From the IMG/VR virus record IMGVR_UViG_3300048836_000838, positions 1 through 60,508 of that record: a stretch of DNA of 60,508 nt; one strand, written 5' to 3'. Position 1 is the first letter of the stretch; each line of letters starts with the position of its first letter. This DNA comes from a virus. Its lineage: Duplodnaviria; Caudoviricetes. Positions 1 through 8,170 of the stretch are shown piece after piece. The notes below the pieces were generated by a model that ran no database searches, was not told where the DNA came from, and saw only the letters and a program-made list of their open reading frames with translations. Position numbers and translations under genes: made by a program.

Positions 1-127
1 TGCTTGGAAAAATGAGATTGTGGGCAGACGGTCAACGTCTATCACCCCGTCCGTCATCACCTGTACTTTCGTCGCCGCACTCGCAGACCCGGCAATGAGC
101 AGGGCCAGAAGCAAAAATATGAGTCGT
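1..127. repeat. Terminal direct repeat, copy 1 (probable assembly overlap of a circular contig)
   Basis: Bases 1-127 are identical to 60382-60508. 127 is a common assembler k-mer size, and a gene reads through the join. Confidence 0.95.
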
Positions 128-132
128 TTCAT

Positions 133-327
133 TTAGCTATCCTTCCCAATCAGGTAGTTTCCGTTTTCGTCTGTGAGGTAGTTGCCGGATTCGTCTATTA
201 GGTAGTATTCGCCAGCGGCGAGCACCGGGAGGCCGGAAGGCCAGGAACCGCCAGCGAGCCACGCGACAGGGTTGAGAACGTCAACCACCGGGTTGAGCAC
301 TGGGTTGCAGATGACCGGATGGATCAT
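133..327 (-). CDS. Small putative virion accessory protein
   Basis: 64 aa. C-terminal repeat YLIDESGNYLTDENGNYLI and N-terminal VxNPV repeats. The stop abuts the next ATG at 132. Confidence 0.6.
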   Translation of the reverse strand: MIHPVICNPVLNPVVDVLNPVAWLAGGSWPSGLPVLAAGEYYLIDESGNYLTDENGNYLIGKDS

Positions 328-331
328 AACC

Positions 332-613
332 TTACCCTATTTCCTGCGCACTATATGCCATGTCCACGACTACGGAAGGGGACACTCGAATCGCCTGCAC
401 TTCACATTCGAACGTGAAAGGAAGCCGCGTGGCGTCGGTAAGATCAATTGTCTTGATGGACTGGTATCCAACGCCGGCGTTGATCTCAACAAGCACCGTA
501 CCGGTCGATCCGGAAAAAGCAAGCTGGTGCCGCGCAACCCCAGAAGGCAGATGCGGAGACACGATAGCATAGGCGGCAGCCGGGAGATCTTCTACTTTAA
601 CTCGTAACGACAT
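332..613 (-). CDS. Hypothetical beta-rich virion-region protein
   Basis: 93 aa ORF with an AGGAGG RBS, inside the morphogenesis operon. Confidence 0.65.
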   Translation of the reverse strand: MSLRVKVEDLPAAAYAIVSPHLPSGVARHQLAFSGSTGTVLVEINAGVGYQSIKTIDLTDATRLPFTFECEVQAIRVSPSVVVDMAYSAQEIG

Positions 614-622
614 ATATGCCTC

Positions 623-1033
623 CTAGACAAGGACGCGAGTAATAATGTTCGAGGAAGAAAGCAATCCTTGTAACGAGCGAAGAATGGACGGAAAATTTGT
701 ACGCCCTTCGCCGTTCCCAAAAGTGAGTGCGACGGGGCCGACCGAGAGGCTCTTCAGCTTCTGTTCAGAGAGCGGTGAAAGCGCGTTCGGAGTTGTTAGC
801 TCAATACGAACGGCTTCACAGAGTGCAGAAACGACGCCGCTGGGAGGCTCTTCACCCCAACGCAGCGGCGTCGTGATTTCTTCAGTTGAAGGAACCCATG
901 GCAGTACCTCGATGTAGTCCATTGCGCGAAGCACTGATGCTTCCGTGACTGTGAGTGTGTATCCGCGTGCGCTCAGATGCGCTTGGATATCCTCAAGGGT
1001 CGCGTATGTGTTGGTGCCTACTACGAGTGCCAT
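623..1033 (-). CDS. Head-tail adaptor-like protein
   Basis: N-terminal ALVVGTNTYATLED, LRAMDYIE and C-terminal KSLSVGPVALTF are typical of phage adaptor proteins. It lies downstream of the capsid genes. Confidence 0.65.
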   Translation of the reverse strand: MALVVGTNTYATLEDIQAHLSARGYTLTVTEASVLRAMDYIEVLPWVPSTEEITTPLRWGEEPPSGVVSALCEAVRIELTTPNALSPLSEQKLKSLSVGPVALTFGNGEGRTNFPSILRSLQGLLSSSNIITRVLV

Positions 1034-1045
1034 GAGTCCTTTCCT

Positions 1046-1312
1046 TTACTTGGTTGCCGTTGCCTTCGAACCGCGGGCGCGGGAAGGCTTCTCAGGGGCG
1101 GGCTGATCCACCGGAGCAGTTACCGGCTCTTCATCCTCCTCGTCTTGCAGAACCGGAATCTCGCCTTGAAATTCATAGCCTGCATTGATGAGAAGCTGTG
1201 CGAGGAAAGGATCAACCACCTCCATGCTGGGTTCGGTGAACCGACAGGCCTCCTTATCCTTTGCGGGATCCCACACTATAGCAGGTCGGTCACCTTTCTG
1301 GAACTGTGCCAT
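1046..1312 (-). CDS. Hypothetical protein (head module)
   Basis: 88 aa ORF in the operon, with an acidic then basic low-complexity tail. Confidence 0.6.
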   Translation of the reverse strand: MAQFQKGDRPAIVWDPAKDKEACRFTEPSMEVVDPFLAQLLINAGYEFQGEIPVLQDEEDEEPVTAPVDQPAPEKPSRARGSKATATK

Positions 1313-1317
1313 AACGA

Positions 1318-1758
1318 TTACTCCGCAGCAATGATCGTGGTTACATGTGTCTTCTCGGCCAGGGCCTTCCCAAGGATGGTCTTGGTCGGGAATGTTACAG
1401 TTGCAGTTTCATCAGCAACCCAGGCGTGCGCCGAGCCCGTGAGCGTAAGCGTAGCAACGCCTTTGACAAACACTAGACTCGTGCTGCTAATCGTGGCGCC
1501 GCCCAGGGCGGAAGTGTCTGCAACAGAAGCAGCCGTGGCAATGGTTCCGTTGAACCATTCATGCACTTCACCGGCAGCGGTAACGAGCTTGATTACAAGA
1601 GCCTGCGTCCAGGCGGCTGTAGTTGCAACCCGATCTGCAATAGCAGGCGTGATGGCGTAGGCGATATCACCGCACATGGCCTTGTCACGAAGAGCCTGCA
1701 TACGAGCAAGCTCCTCACGCACCAGCGGGGAGAGACCTACAAGTTCTTTCATATCCAT
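1318..1758 (-). CDS. Putative head decoration protein
   Basis: 146 aa Ala/Thr-rich, beta-rich protein directly after the major capsid gene, with a GGAGG RBS. Confidence 0.5.
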   Translation of the reverse strand: MDMKELVGLSPLVREELARMQALRDKAMCGDIAYAITPAIADRVATTAAWTQALVIKLVTAAGEVHEWFNGTIATAASVADTSALGGATISSTSLVFVKGVATLTLTGSAHAWVADETATVTFPTKTILGKALAEKTHVTTIIAAE

Positions 1759-1787
1759 AGTTGACCTCCGTCAGTCCAGGCTACAGA

Positions 1788-2729
1788 TTAGGAAGTGGCC
1801 AGGCCGGAGAGCTTGCCGTGATAGGCAGCCGGGCCGTGGTCCAAGCCGACCTGTCCGTAGATCTGTCCCTTGAGAGCAGCACCGGTCTTGCTCAGCTCCT
1901 CGTAGAAGATCAAGCCCTTGCCAGGCACCGGGCAGAAGACCGGGGAGATGACGCTCATCTCAACGATGGCCAGGCCGTCGTTCGGCATCTGCGGAGTCCA
2001 CACAACACCCAGCTGGGCGAAGTCGGTCTCAATGACATTCACGTTCACACCACCGACATTGCGGTCAGCAGGAGCGTAACCGAACAGTGCCGACAGGACC
2101 TGCTTCTGGAATGCGTTGACCAGGATGACCGGATTGACAAACACTGCACCGTTGGCAGCCATTTCACGAAGAAGCTGGTTGAACAGTGCCTTGGAAAGCG
2201 CAGCGGTGCCGGCAGCAATCGCATTTACAGTACAAGCAGCGAGGATGCCGCGAGTCTTGGGGGCAACATCAGCACTGGTAGCTTGCTGATAAGCACCCTG
2301 GATGAACGAAAACTCAGCATCGAGTGCGACCTGGCGCAGGTTCGCCATGATCTGGAAGTCCAGTTCGTTGGTGACAGGGTTGGCGCCGTTCATGGCCTTG
2401 TCGGTCGTCGCGTCAGCAGAGATGACCTGCGTGGTCGACTGCTTGGCGTACGTGACCGTGACAGCCTGGTGATGGATCTGTACCGTATTGGTCGCAAGCG
2501 AGCGACCGTAGGTGGTTGCGTTGGGGGCGGTGATCGCCTGGTTTTCCGTGCGGGCAGGCTGGGAGGCGCTGTTCAGTGACCAGGGCTGACTGGTCGGGAA
2601 GTCGAAAGCGCCGTACTGCTTGCCACCGTTCAGTCCGCCCATCATGTTCAGGAAAGGCGTCTGGGTCGCACCGACCAAGAACAGCTCACCTACGTAGTTA
2701 GGGCAGCTCCACATAGTTGCGTTGGCCAT
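1788..2729 (-). CDS. Major capsid protein (SU10/DUF5309-like)
   Basis: 313 aa. Motifs TPFLNMMGG, NTVQIHHQAVTVTY, IETDFAQL and EELSKTGAALKGQIYGQVGLDHG. It follows the scaffold gene. Confidence 0.85.
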   Translation of the reverse strand: MANATMWSCPNYVGELFLVGATQTPFLNMMGGLNGGKQYGAFDFPTSQPWSLNSASQPARTENQAITAPNATTYGRSLATNTVQIHHQAVTVTYAKQSTTQVISADATTDKAMNGANPVTNELDFQIMANLRQVALDAEFSFIQGAYQQATSADVAPKTRGILAACTVNAIAAGTAALSKALFNQLLREMAANGAVFVNPVILVNAFQKQVLSALFGYAPADRNVGGVNVNVIETDFAQLGVVWTPQMPNDGLAIVEMSVISPVFCPVPGKGLIFYEELSKTGAALKGQIYGQVGLDHGPAAYHGKLSGLATS

Positions 2730-2752
2730 GATATCTTCCTCCGAAGAATTGG

Positions 2753-3571
2753 TTATTTGTTGGCGTTCCGCTCAGCGATCTGTCGCTTGAGGGACACCAT
2801 GGCGGCAACGTCATTGGCCTTCTGTGCAGCGGCCAGCTTGGCTTGGAGGTCATCACCCCCACCACCATCACCGGAACCGCCACCAGAGCCTTGACTTCCC
2901 GACCCCTTGAGGAAGCGTTCTTTCATCGGATGCGCATTGATAATGGCTTCGATGCACTCTTCAGGGTCGGCGAACTTGCCGGGGTCTTTTCGAGAAAAAA
3001 TCTTCTCATTGTCCAAGTATCCAACAACAAAAGGCTTGCCTTGCTGATCGTACTCGACCCGCAGGCCGGTTTTGAAGCTGGCGTATGCAATGTCCGGGGT
3101 CAACATCGTTTTTTCACGCAGAAAATCGGACCGCTCAAATGCACCCAGAACCAAGAGTTCGTCGATGTTACCAAGCAACTTCTGCTCTTTGGCTGTGAGC
3201 TCCTGGATCTTCTGCTCATAACTCTTCTTAGTGTTGCTGAGATTTTCTTCGAAAGAGGCGGCGAGACCTTTCTTGATCGTCTCCACTTCACCAGCGTCGA
3301 TGAGCTTCTTGTCATCCAGGTTCTTGATCGTCTCCAGTGCCTTGCGAGCAGCAGCGGCATCCAGCCCGTCGTACGCCGTCTTCAAAGACGAGACTTCGGT
3401 TTTGAACTGTTCCGCCTGCTCCCGGTAGCTCTTGCTCTCCCCGTTCAGTTCTTTGATCTTCGACATTGCCTGTACGGCGTCGAAAGGGATTTCCTTCCCG
3501 TCGTCGTGAACGTAGACCGGCTTGCCATCTGCTACAACTGCGTTACCCTGTTCATCCAACTTCAGCTTCAT
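2753..3571 (-). CDS. Capsid scaffolding protein (DUF6651-like)
   Basis: Begins MKLKLDEQGNAVVADGKPVYVHDDGKEIPFDA, followed by coiled coil and a Gly-rich C-terminal linker. Sits upstream of the capsid gene with a GAGGA RBS. Confidence 0.8.
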   Translation of the reverse strand: MKLKLDEQGNAVVADGKPVYVHDDGKEIPFDAVQAMSKIKELNGESKSYREQAEQFKTEVSSLKTAYDGLDAAAARKALETIKNLDDKKLIDAGEVETIKKGLAASFEENLSNTKKSYEQKIQELTAKEQKLLGNIDELLVLGAFERSDFLREKTMLTPDIAYASFKTGLRVEYDQQGKPFVVGYLDNEKIFSRKDPGKFADPEECIEAIINAHPMKERFLKGSGSQGSGGGSGDGGGGDDLQAKLAAAQKANDVAAMVSLKRQIAERNANK

Positions 3572-3684
3572 TGTGCGTTTCCTCGCATTGTTAGTGTGCT
3601 CTTCCGAGCGGGACAACCTGCAACCTCACAACGAAGTTACAGAACCGATAGAAATTCGTAATACAAAATCGGTCGTTTTCCAAT

Positions 3685-3742
3685 ACATAGGTGAGAAAAG
3701 AAAAAAGTCAACGACCGAGTCAATTATTTTGTAAAATAATTG
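3685..3742 (-). promoter_or_regulatory. Promoter/operator upstream of the scaffold-capsid genes
   Basis: Minus strand reads TTGACTCGGT-CG-TTGACTTT-N14-TATGT, the same motif as at 18460. It overlaps an inverted repeat CAATTATTTT-GT-AAAATAATTG (3721-3742). Confidence 0.55.
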
Positions 3743-3811
3743 GCCAAAATAAAAGCCCTCGATTTCTCAAGAGCTTCGTATATATGGGTATGGCAAGTAC
3801 TGCTCAGTGCG

Positions 3812-4108
3812 TCATAGTCGAGAACGTGCCCCCCCCCCCTTGCAATCAGCCGGACTTTCGTTTTCAATCAGCCAGTCCACCTCGGCGCGGGCGGCTGCGT
3901 GATCCGTCCATATAGGCATTCCTACCTCCCCTAGTTGGAACCCAGCGTCATCGAGCGCGTCAAACGCTAGGTGCTCTTTCTTCACTGCCTCCACCAGCGC
4001 ATTGTGACGGGCCTGAAGGGAGGCGTAGTCGGATTCTGCTGCACAAATAGGGCAGGATCGACGTAACTGCCCGTGCTGACAATCGCGTGCACTTGGATAA
4101 TCTCTCAT
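3812..4108 (-). CDS. Hypothetical protein with N-terminal C-x-H...C-x2-C motif
   Basis: 98 aa, motif CQHGQLRRSCPIC, GGAGGAG RBS. Confidence 0.6.
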   Translation of the reverse strand: MRDYPSARDCQHGQLRRSCPICAAESDYASLQARHNALVEAVKKEHLAFDALDDAGFQLGEVGMPIWTDHAAARAEVDWLIENESPADCKGGGARSRL

Positions 4109-4416
4109 TACTCCTCCAGCGCCCGGCGGGCTATTGCGTATATTTCTGGCGACACGCCGTGCTCGGTCCTTGCCATAGTGACGTACAGCGCCTCCTCCAG
4201 CCTCGTCACTCGGGCGAGGATATCGTCACGCTGACGAAGTACGGCGTTCATGTCCTTTTGCCACGTCGCGAGTTTCGCTTCAGCCTGCTCGGCACGGAGT
4301 TTAAGAGCATTAAGCTCTGACCGGGCCATCCACTGCTCATCGATGCTTATGCGCTCCATTTCAGCAAGTTCTTTCTGAGCTGCAAAGTCATTTTCAATAC
4401 AGTATTTGCCACCCAT
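4108..4416 (-). CDS. Hypothetical coiled-coil protein
   Basis: 102 aa, GGAGG RBS, stop overlaps the next start. Confidence 0.6.
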   Translation of the reverse strand: MGGKYCIENDFAAQKELAEMERISIDEQWMARSELNALKLRAEQAEAKLATWQKDMNAVLRQRDDILARVTRLEEALYVTMARTEHGVSPEIYAIARRALEE

Positions 4417-4443
4417 CTCACCCCTCCCCGACCAGCGCGGCCG

Positions 4444-4530
4444 CTAAAGAAAACACGATGCAAACGCACCAACAATGATGAAAGCAACAGTGATCAGCAA
4501 TATGCACTTTAGCTTTTCTAACGGATCCAT
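4444..4530 (-). CDS. Small membrane peptide
   Basis: MDPLEKLKCILLITVAFIIVGAFASCFL preceded by an AGGAG RBS. Read directly from the sequence because it is below the ORF track cut-off. Confidence 0.4.
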   Translation of the reverse strand: MDPLEKLKCILLITVAFIIVGAFASCFL

Positions 4531-4539
4531 CCCTTCTCC

Positions 4540-4770
4540 TCAAAGCCGCTCCTTGGGCATCCCGTGCGACTTCCTCATATTTTCCAATCGTGTTCGGATA
4601 TCAGTAACCCGTGCTGGATCCGCCTGGAGGACAGCGCCTACGGAGATCCGGCGAGAATACTGCAACAAGAAAACCACATCCTCTACCAATTGCTTTTCAG
4701 TAGGTGTCAATGCCAATGCCGCGCTCCTGTGCAATGCGGGTAAGGGCTCTAAGAGATAACGAACCGACAT
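4540..4770 (-). CDS. Hypothetical protein
   Basis: 76 aa with an AAGGAG RBS. It overlaps the end of 4697-4981. Confidence 0.5.
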   Translation of the reverse strand: MSVRYLLEPLPALHRSAALALTPTEKQLVEDVVFLLQYSRRISVGAVLQADPARVTDIRTRLENMRKSHGMPKERL

Positions 4771-4981
4771 ACTCTTTCTCCTTGAAGAAAAACACCTCAG
4801 GTGCGAACTTACTCATCACACCTACGAAGTGCTCGTATGACTCATATCGGTCGACGGGGACTTTCGGCTCCTTGAGACGGAACTCCTTGCCGTAATGCAC
4901 GAACGCCTGGTAGTGGTCGCCGTCCTGGATCCATCCTTTGAACCATCCTTCTTCGATATGCGTCAAGCTGATGAGAAACAT
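4697..4981 (-). CDS. Hypothetical protein, candidate immunity partner of the MuF extension
   Basis: ATG at 4981 with an AAGGAGG RBS and its own CGTATAAC motif (4999-5006), directly downstream of MuF. Confidence 0.5.
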   Translation of the reverse strand: MFLISLTHIEEGWFKGWIQDGDHYQAFVHYGKEFRLKEPKVPVDRYESYEHFVGVMSKFAPEVFFFKEKEYVGSLSLRALTRIAQERGIGIDTY

Positions 4982-5031
4982 AAGCACCTCCTTGGAGTGT
5001 TATACGAAGATGCAAGCACATACTGATCTAC

Positions 5032-7950
5032 TCAGATATCTGCTGCTTTCTTCTTTGCAAGAGCTTCGGCAGCTTTCTTGGCTGCGGCATCCTGGATTGC
5101 TTTCTTTGCTGCCTTGCGAGCTTCATCGAGATACTCGGAAGTCCCTTCTCCGCGCTCAAACGCATGGAAAGCATAGGGCACTTTCTTCTTGTCTAGCATG
5201 TCAGTGAGCTCTTTTAGTTCCTTGGCACGGTGCACATCAGCTTTCCATTGCTTCGGGATCATTACGACCTTAACGTCATCAAGCGTTAGCCCGCCTATGA
5301 ACTGTGCTTCGGTGTACGTCTCCAAGCCAGCAATTCCTTTGCCGTTCTTGATATACCTCGTAACTATCTTAATCTTCTCTGCAACTGAGCTTGCCTCATA
5401 CTGCGCGTTTTCGTAAACTGCATCGAGCAATGATATCGGATTCCGCGCTGTTGAGATGGGGCGCCGCGTTCCTGGACGGTAATAGTACCCGGAACTGTTG
5501 CCTACCGTAAATGTTGTACGATCAATCAACCGCTTCTTATCGAGCACAAAAGAGAGCTGCCCATACTGCCCTGTGCCTGGAAGGAAGGCCATGCCATCCT
5601 CTGCCTTCAAACCGTCATGCACATACCCGTAGAAAGGTCGCTCTCGCCCCAGCTCTGGCGTAAAGTATTCCTGGTTATTCATTCTCCTGTAATCAGCACT
5701 CTTCTGGAATGTACCGCCGTACATTTGCTTCTCCCAGGCGTCTCGTAAACTATCTTTGTACGGGCAAAGCGACCCATTGGATGTTGCTTTCCTGCCGAGC
5801 TCGAACTGGTTCTTGAACTTCCCTTCTTTAGCAAGGCTCTTCCACATCGCAGGGCTGCCATTTGTATTGAATGCCAGCTCGAACTTGTCCTCATCCAGCA
5901 GAGCAAGCTTCAGCTCTTCATACTGCTTCTCAAGCACCTCACGAGGTACACTGTAGCGCTCGGACATCAGATCCAGGATCTCGTTTTCTGCGTTCTTGGC
6001 TTTGGCTTCTGCGAAATCGATCGCCTCTTTCTGGAGCTCTGTTAGCTCGATGCCTGCTTTGGTCTTGATAACAACACCAGGCTTCGGAGGCGGAGGAGCA
6101 ACGAAAGGCTTCAGAGGCTCAACAGCATCGCCGGCCTTGGTCATTATGCGAGCCATGCCCGCTGCTTCCTCAACGTCATCCCAGAACTTGGCAACACCTT
6201 TTACGAAATCGGAACCATCATCCGTCATCTTGAGAACAACCACCTCTCGGCCGTGAAGTGTGGTGATGCCTGTTACATCGAACTTCGCACCAGGAAGCAC
6301 AAGCAACCGCTCCATATCAGCAGGGGCGACGTGCATGCCTGCTGGCACTTCTATCTTGAATAAGTGTTTTCCGTAGCTAGCCGCCTTCTCCATGCTGGCC
6401 GATCCAAGGCCGCGTGCTGCAAGCTCTGTGCCGCGGAACTCTGCCTTCATGCCTTCATCAAGAAACTCGAAACCCTTTTCATCAGTTGCCCAAAAACCGA
6501 ATCGAGCCTTAGTGGTCTTGAAATCATCCGATGCAGCAACACGGTAAATAGACTGGACATGCTCTTCTCTAAGCATCCCTTTAATGGTCTCACCTCCACT
6601 CTCCGCCCTTCTCAAGAAGTACTTACGAGCATCTGGGTCTCGTAAATCACCCCAAGGAGCGGCGATCGAAGAAGGGAACCGATCAGGATCTTCATACGCA
6701 AGTGAATCCCAGGGATCCCCTGCCGGTTTCTTCGGCGGTGTTACGGTTAGTGGCGGTGTTGTAGGAGTCTTTGCTCCAGGAACAGTTTTGATTGTCGCAG
6801 CGCCCGGGACAGGCGGCGAAGATCCCTGGATCCTCAGCTCTTCCAGAGTGTAAAGGCGGCCTGTCTTGTAATCGATAAGATCATCCACCTTGAGCAGGCC
6901 TGCTTTCATCATTTCGTGCCGCCCTTTCCCTAGCATGGAGAGCTGGACCTCTTCAGGCAGCGAAGTAAACCCTGCTCGAAGACCGCCCGGCAACACGGTG
7001 AACGGTTTGCCTGGTGCTGCTCCTCCTGTGCCGACCTGTGGGATATACCACTTCCCATCTTTCATCCTGCCGCGCAAGATAACAGGATCGATCTTCTTCT
7101 CGACCTTCTTGAGATCAACACCGATCTTCTTCAGGGACTTGGTCTTGGGGATGAAGAGGCATCGGCATCGCGGATGACGCGGCATCGGCGGATGGGCCTC
7201 TCCTTTGTAGAACGTTTTCCCACCAAGCGGCAGGCACATCAAGCACACACGATCGTCGTTTGCACTGATCCACGTCTTGCCAACCAGTATGTCTGCGTTC
7301 TCCTTATACACACGATCGAAAGCACGGGCATTAGCTGTCTGGAAAAAGGTTCGAGTCATCGTCGTTAGCTCATTCCGCATCAGTTCTGGAAACCGTTGCC
7401 GAAGCCCCTTTACCATTCGGTCATATGATGCTCCTGTCAGTGCGCCGATGCGCATCTCCTGGAGAAGCGCGTTCTGCATATCAGCCAGACCTGCACGGTC
7501 AAGCATAGACGTTACGACCTTGGGAATCATGATCGGCAACGACTCGGTGAAGAACGAAGCAAACTGGGAAGGCGACAATGCAATTGCACTGGTCTTGATT
7601 GCGCCGCCTACAGAAAGGATGTCGTTGTACTCCTTCACGGCAGCGGAGCCTACTGTTCCAGATGCGGCTGTCACACTGCCCGTAATATCGGCGTTGAGCG
7701 CCGCTGTCAGGCGTTCCATCTCCCTTTCCACCTGCCCGGCTCGGGCCGCTTGCCAGCTTCCTTCCTTGCCGCGCTTGGAAAGCTCCTCGACCTTGGCGTG
7801 CATCCGCTTGCCTGCTTCCTCAACAACAGGCAGGAAGCTCTTGATTGCAGCTTCCTCATACGCGCTCAACTGGTAAGTCCAGTATGTGCCGCGAATCGCT
7901 CGATATAGATCAACCTTCTCCTCAAGAGAAAGCATCATGTCAGCTGCCAT
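5032..7950 (-). CDS. MuF-family minor head protein with a long C-terminal extension (ART-like plus DUF3626-like domains)
   Basis: MuF motifs MTRTFFQTA, WISANDDRVCLMC and PPMPRHPRCRC. Later motifs IYR/GLGSAS/LLVLPGAKFDV, then FKNQFE...RPFYG...YG...RTTFTVGNS...YTEAQ. Lies next to the portal; start at 7950 with an AGGAG RBS. Confidence 0.8.
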   Translation of the reverse strand: MAADMMLSLEEKVDLYRAIRGTYWTYQLSAYEEAAIKSFLPVVEEAGKRMHAKVEELSKRGKEGSWQAARAGQVEREMERLTAALNADITGSVTAASGTVGSAAVKEYNDILSVGGAIKTSAIALSPSQFASFFTESLPIMIPKVVTSMLDRAGLADMQNALLQEMRIGALTGASYDRMVKGLRQRFPELMRNELTTMTRTFFQTANARAFDRVYKENADILVGKTWISANDDRVCLMCLPLGGKTFYKGEAHPPMPRHPRCRCLFIPKTKSLKKIGVDLKKVEKKIDPVILRGRMKDGKWYIPQVGTGGAAPGKPFTVLPGGLRAGFTSLPEEVQLSMLGKGRHEMMKAGLLKVDDLIDYKTGRLYTLEELRIQGSSPPVPGAATIKTVPGAKTPTTPPLTVTPPKKPAGDPWDSLAYEDPDRFPSSIAAPWGDLRDPDARKYFLRRAESGGETIKGMLREEHVQSIYRVAASDDFKTTKARFGFWATDEKGFEFLDEGMKAEFRGTELAARGLGSASMEKAASYGKHLFKIEVPAGMHVAPADMERLLVLPGAKFDVTGITTLHGREVVVLKMTDDGSDFVKGVAKFWDDVEEAAGMARIMTKAGDAVEPLKPFVAPPPPKPGVVIKTKAGIELTELQKEAIDFAEAKAKNAENEILDLMSERYSVPREVLEKQYEELKLALLDEDKFELAFNTNGSPAMWKSLAKEGKFKNQFELGRKATSNGSLCPYKDSLRDAWEKQMYGGTFQKSADYRRMNNQEYFTPELGRERPFYGYVHDGLKAEDGMAFLPGTGQYGQLSFVLDKKRLIDRTTFTVGNSSGYYYRPGTRRPISTARNPISLLDAVYENAQYEASSVAEKIKIVTRYIKNGKGIAGLETYTEAQFIGGLTLDDVKVVMIPKQWKADVHRAKELKELTDMLDKKKVPYAFHAFERGEGTSEYLDEARKAAKKAIQDAAAKKAAEALAKKKAADI

Positions 7951-7958
7951 CGGAACTC

Positions 7959-8168
7959 CTAGTGGTGCTCGATTGTGGTCATTGCATCCGTGCCTACACC
8001 ATGGACGGGGCACTCTTCATGCCAGGTGAAGATCGGCTTATCGCCATTCAAAAGAGCACCGTTGCACATTCCGAACCCATAACAGTTGATTTCGACAGGA
8101 CAAGTACACCCTTGTTCCACTGCTTCAGGACTGCCAGGGTTCGGAATGGCTATACGGTTCGAGCTCAT
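7959..8168 (-). CDS. Small Cys/His phage protein
   Basis: PNPGSPEAVEQGCTCPV...CPVHG, a probable metal-binding motif. Confidence 0.6.
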   Translation of the reverse strand: MSSNRIAIPNPGSPEAVEQGCTCPVEINCYGFGMCNGALLNGDKPIFTWHEECPVHGVGTDAMTTIEHH

Positions 8169-8170
8169 CT

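Noticed and set aside
1-127. 127-bp terminal repeat as a biological DTR or att site
   Set aside because: Its length matches a common assembly k-mer and it cuts through a coding sequence, so it is best read as circular-contig overlap.
977-3661. Long plus-strand ORFs opposite the capsid and scaffold genes (e.g. 1761-2579, 2843-3661)
   Set aside because: They are antisense shadows of well-supported genes, with no protein motifs. The same applies to 48782-49741, 51152-51967 and similar ORFs.
3829-3839. Eleven-C homopolymer as a phase-variation switch
   Set aside because: It lies in the last few codons of a small ORF, so slippage would change little. It could also be a sequencing artefact.
4416-4530. 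TAG readthrough fusing the small membrane peptide to 4108-4416, or genome-wide amber recoding
   Set aside because: The downstream gene has its own strong RBS. Many genes (terL, queD, polA, recA) end properly at TAG, and long genes are not fragmented.
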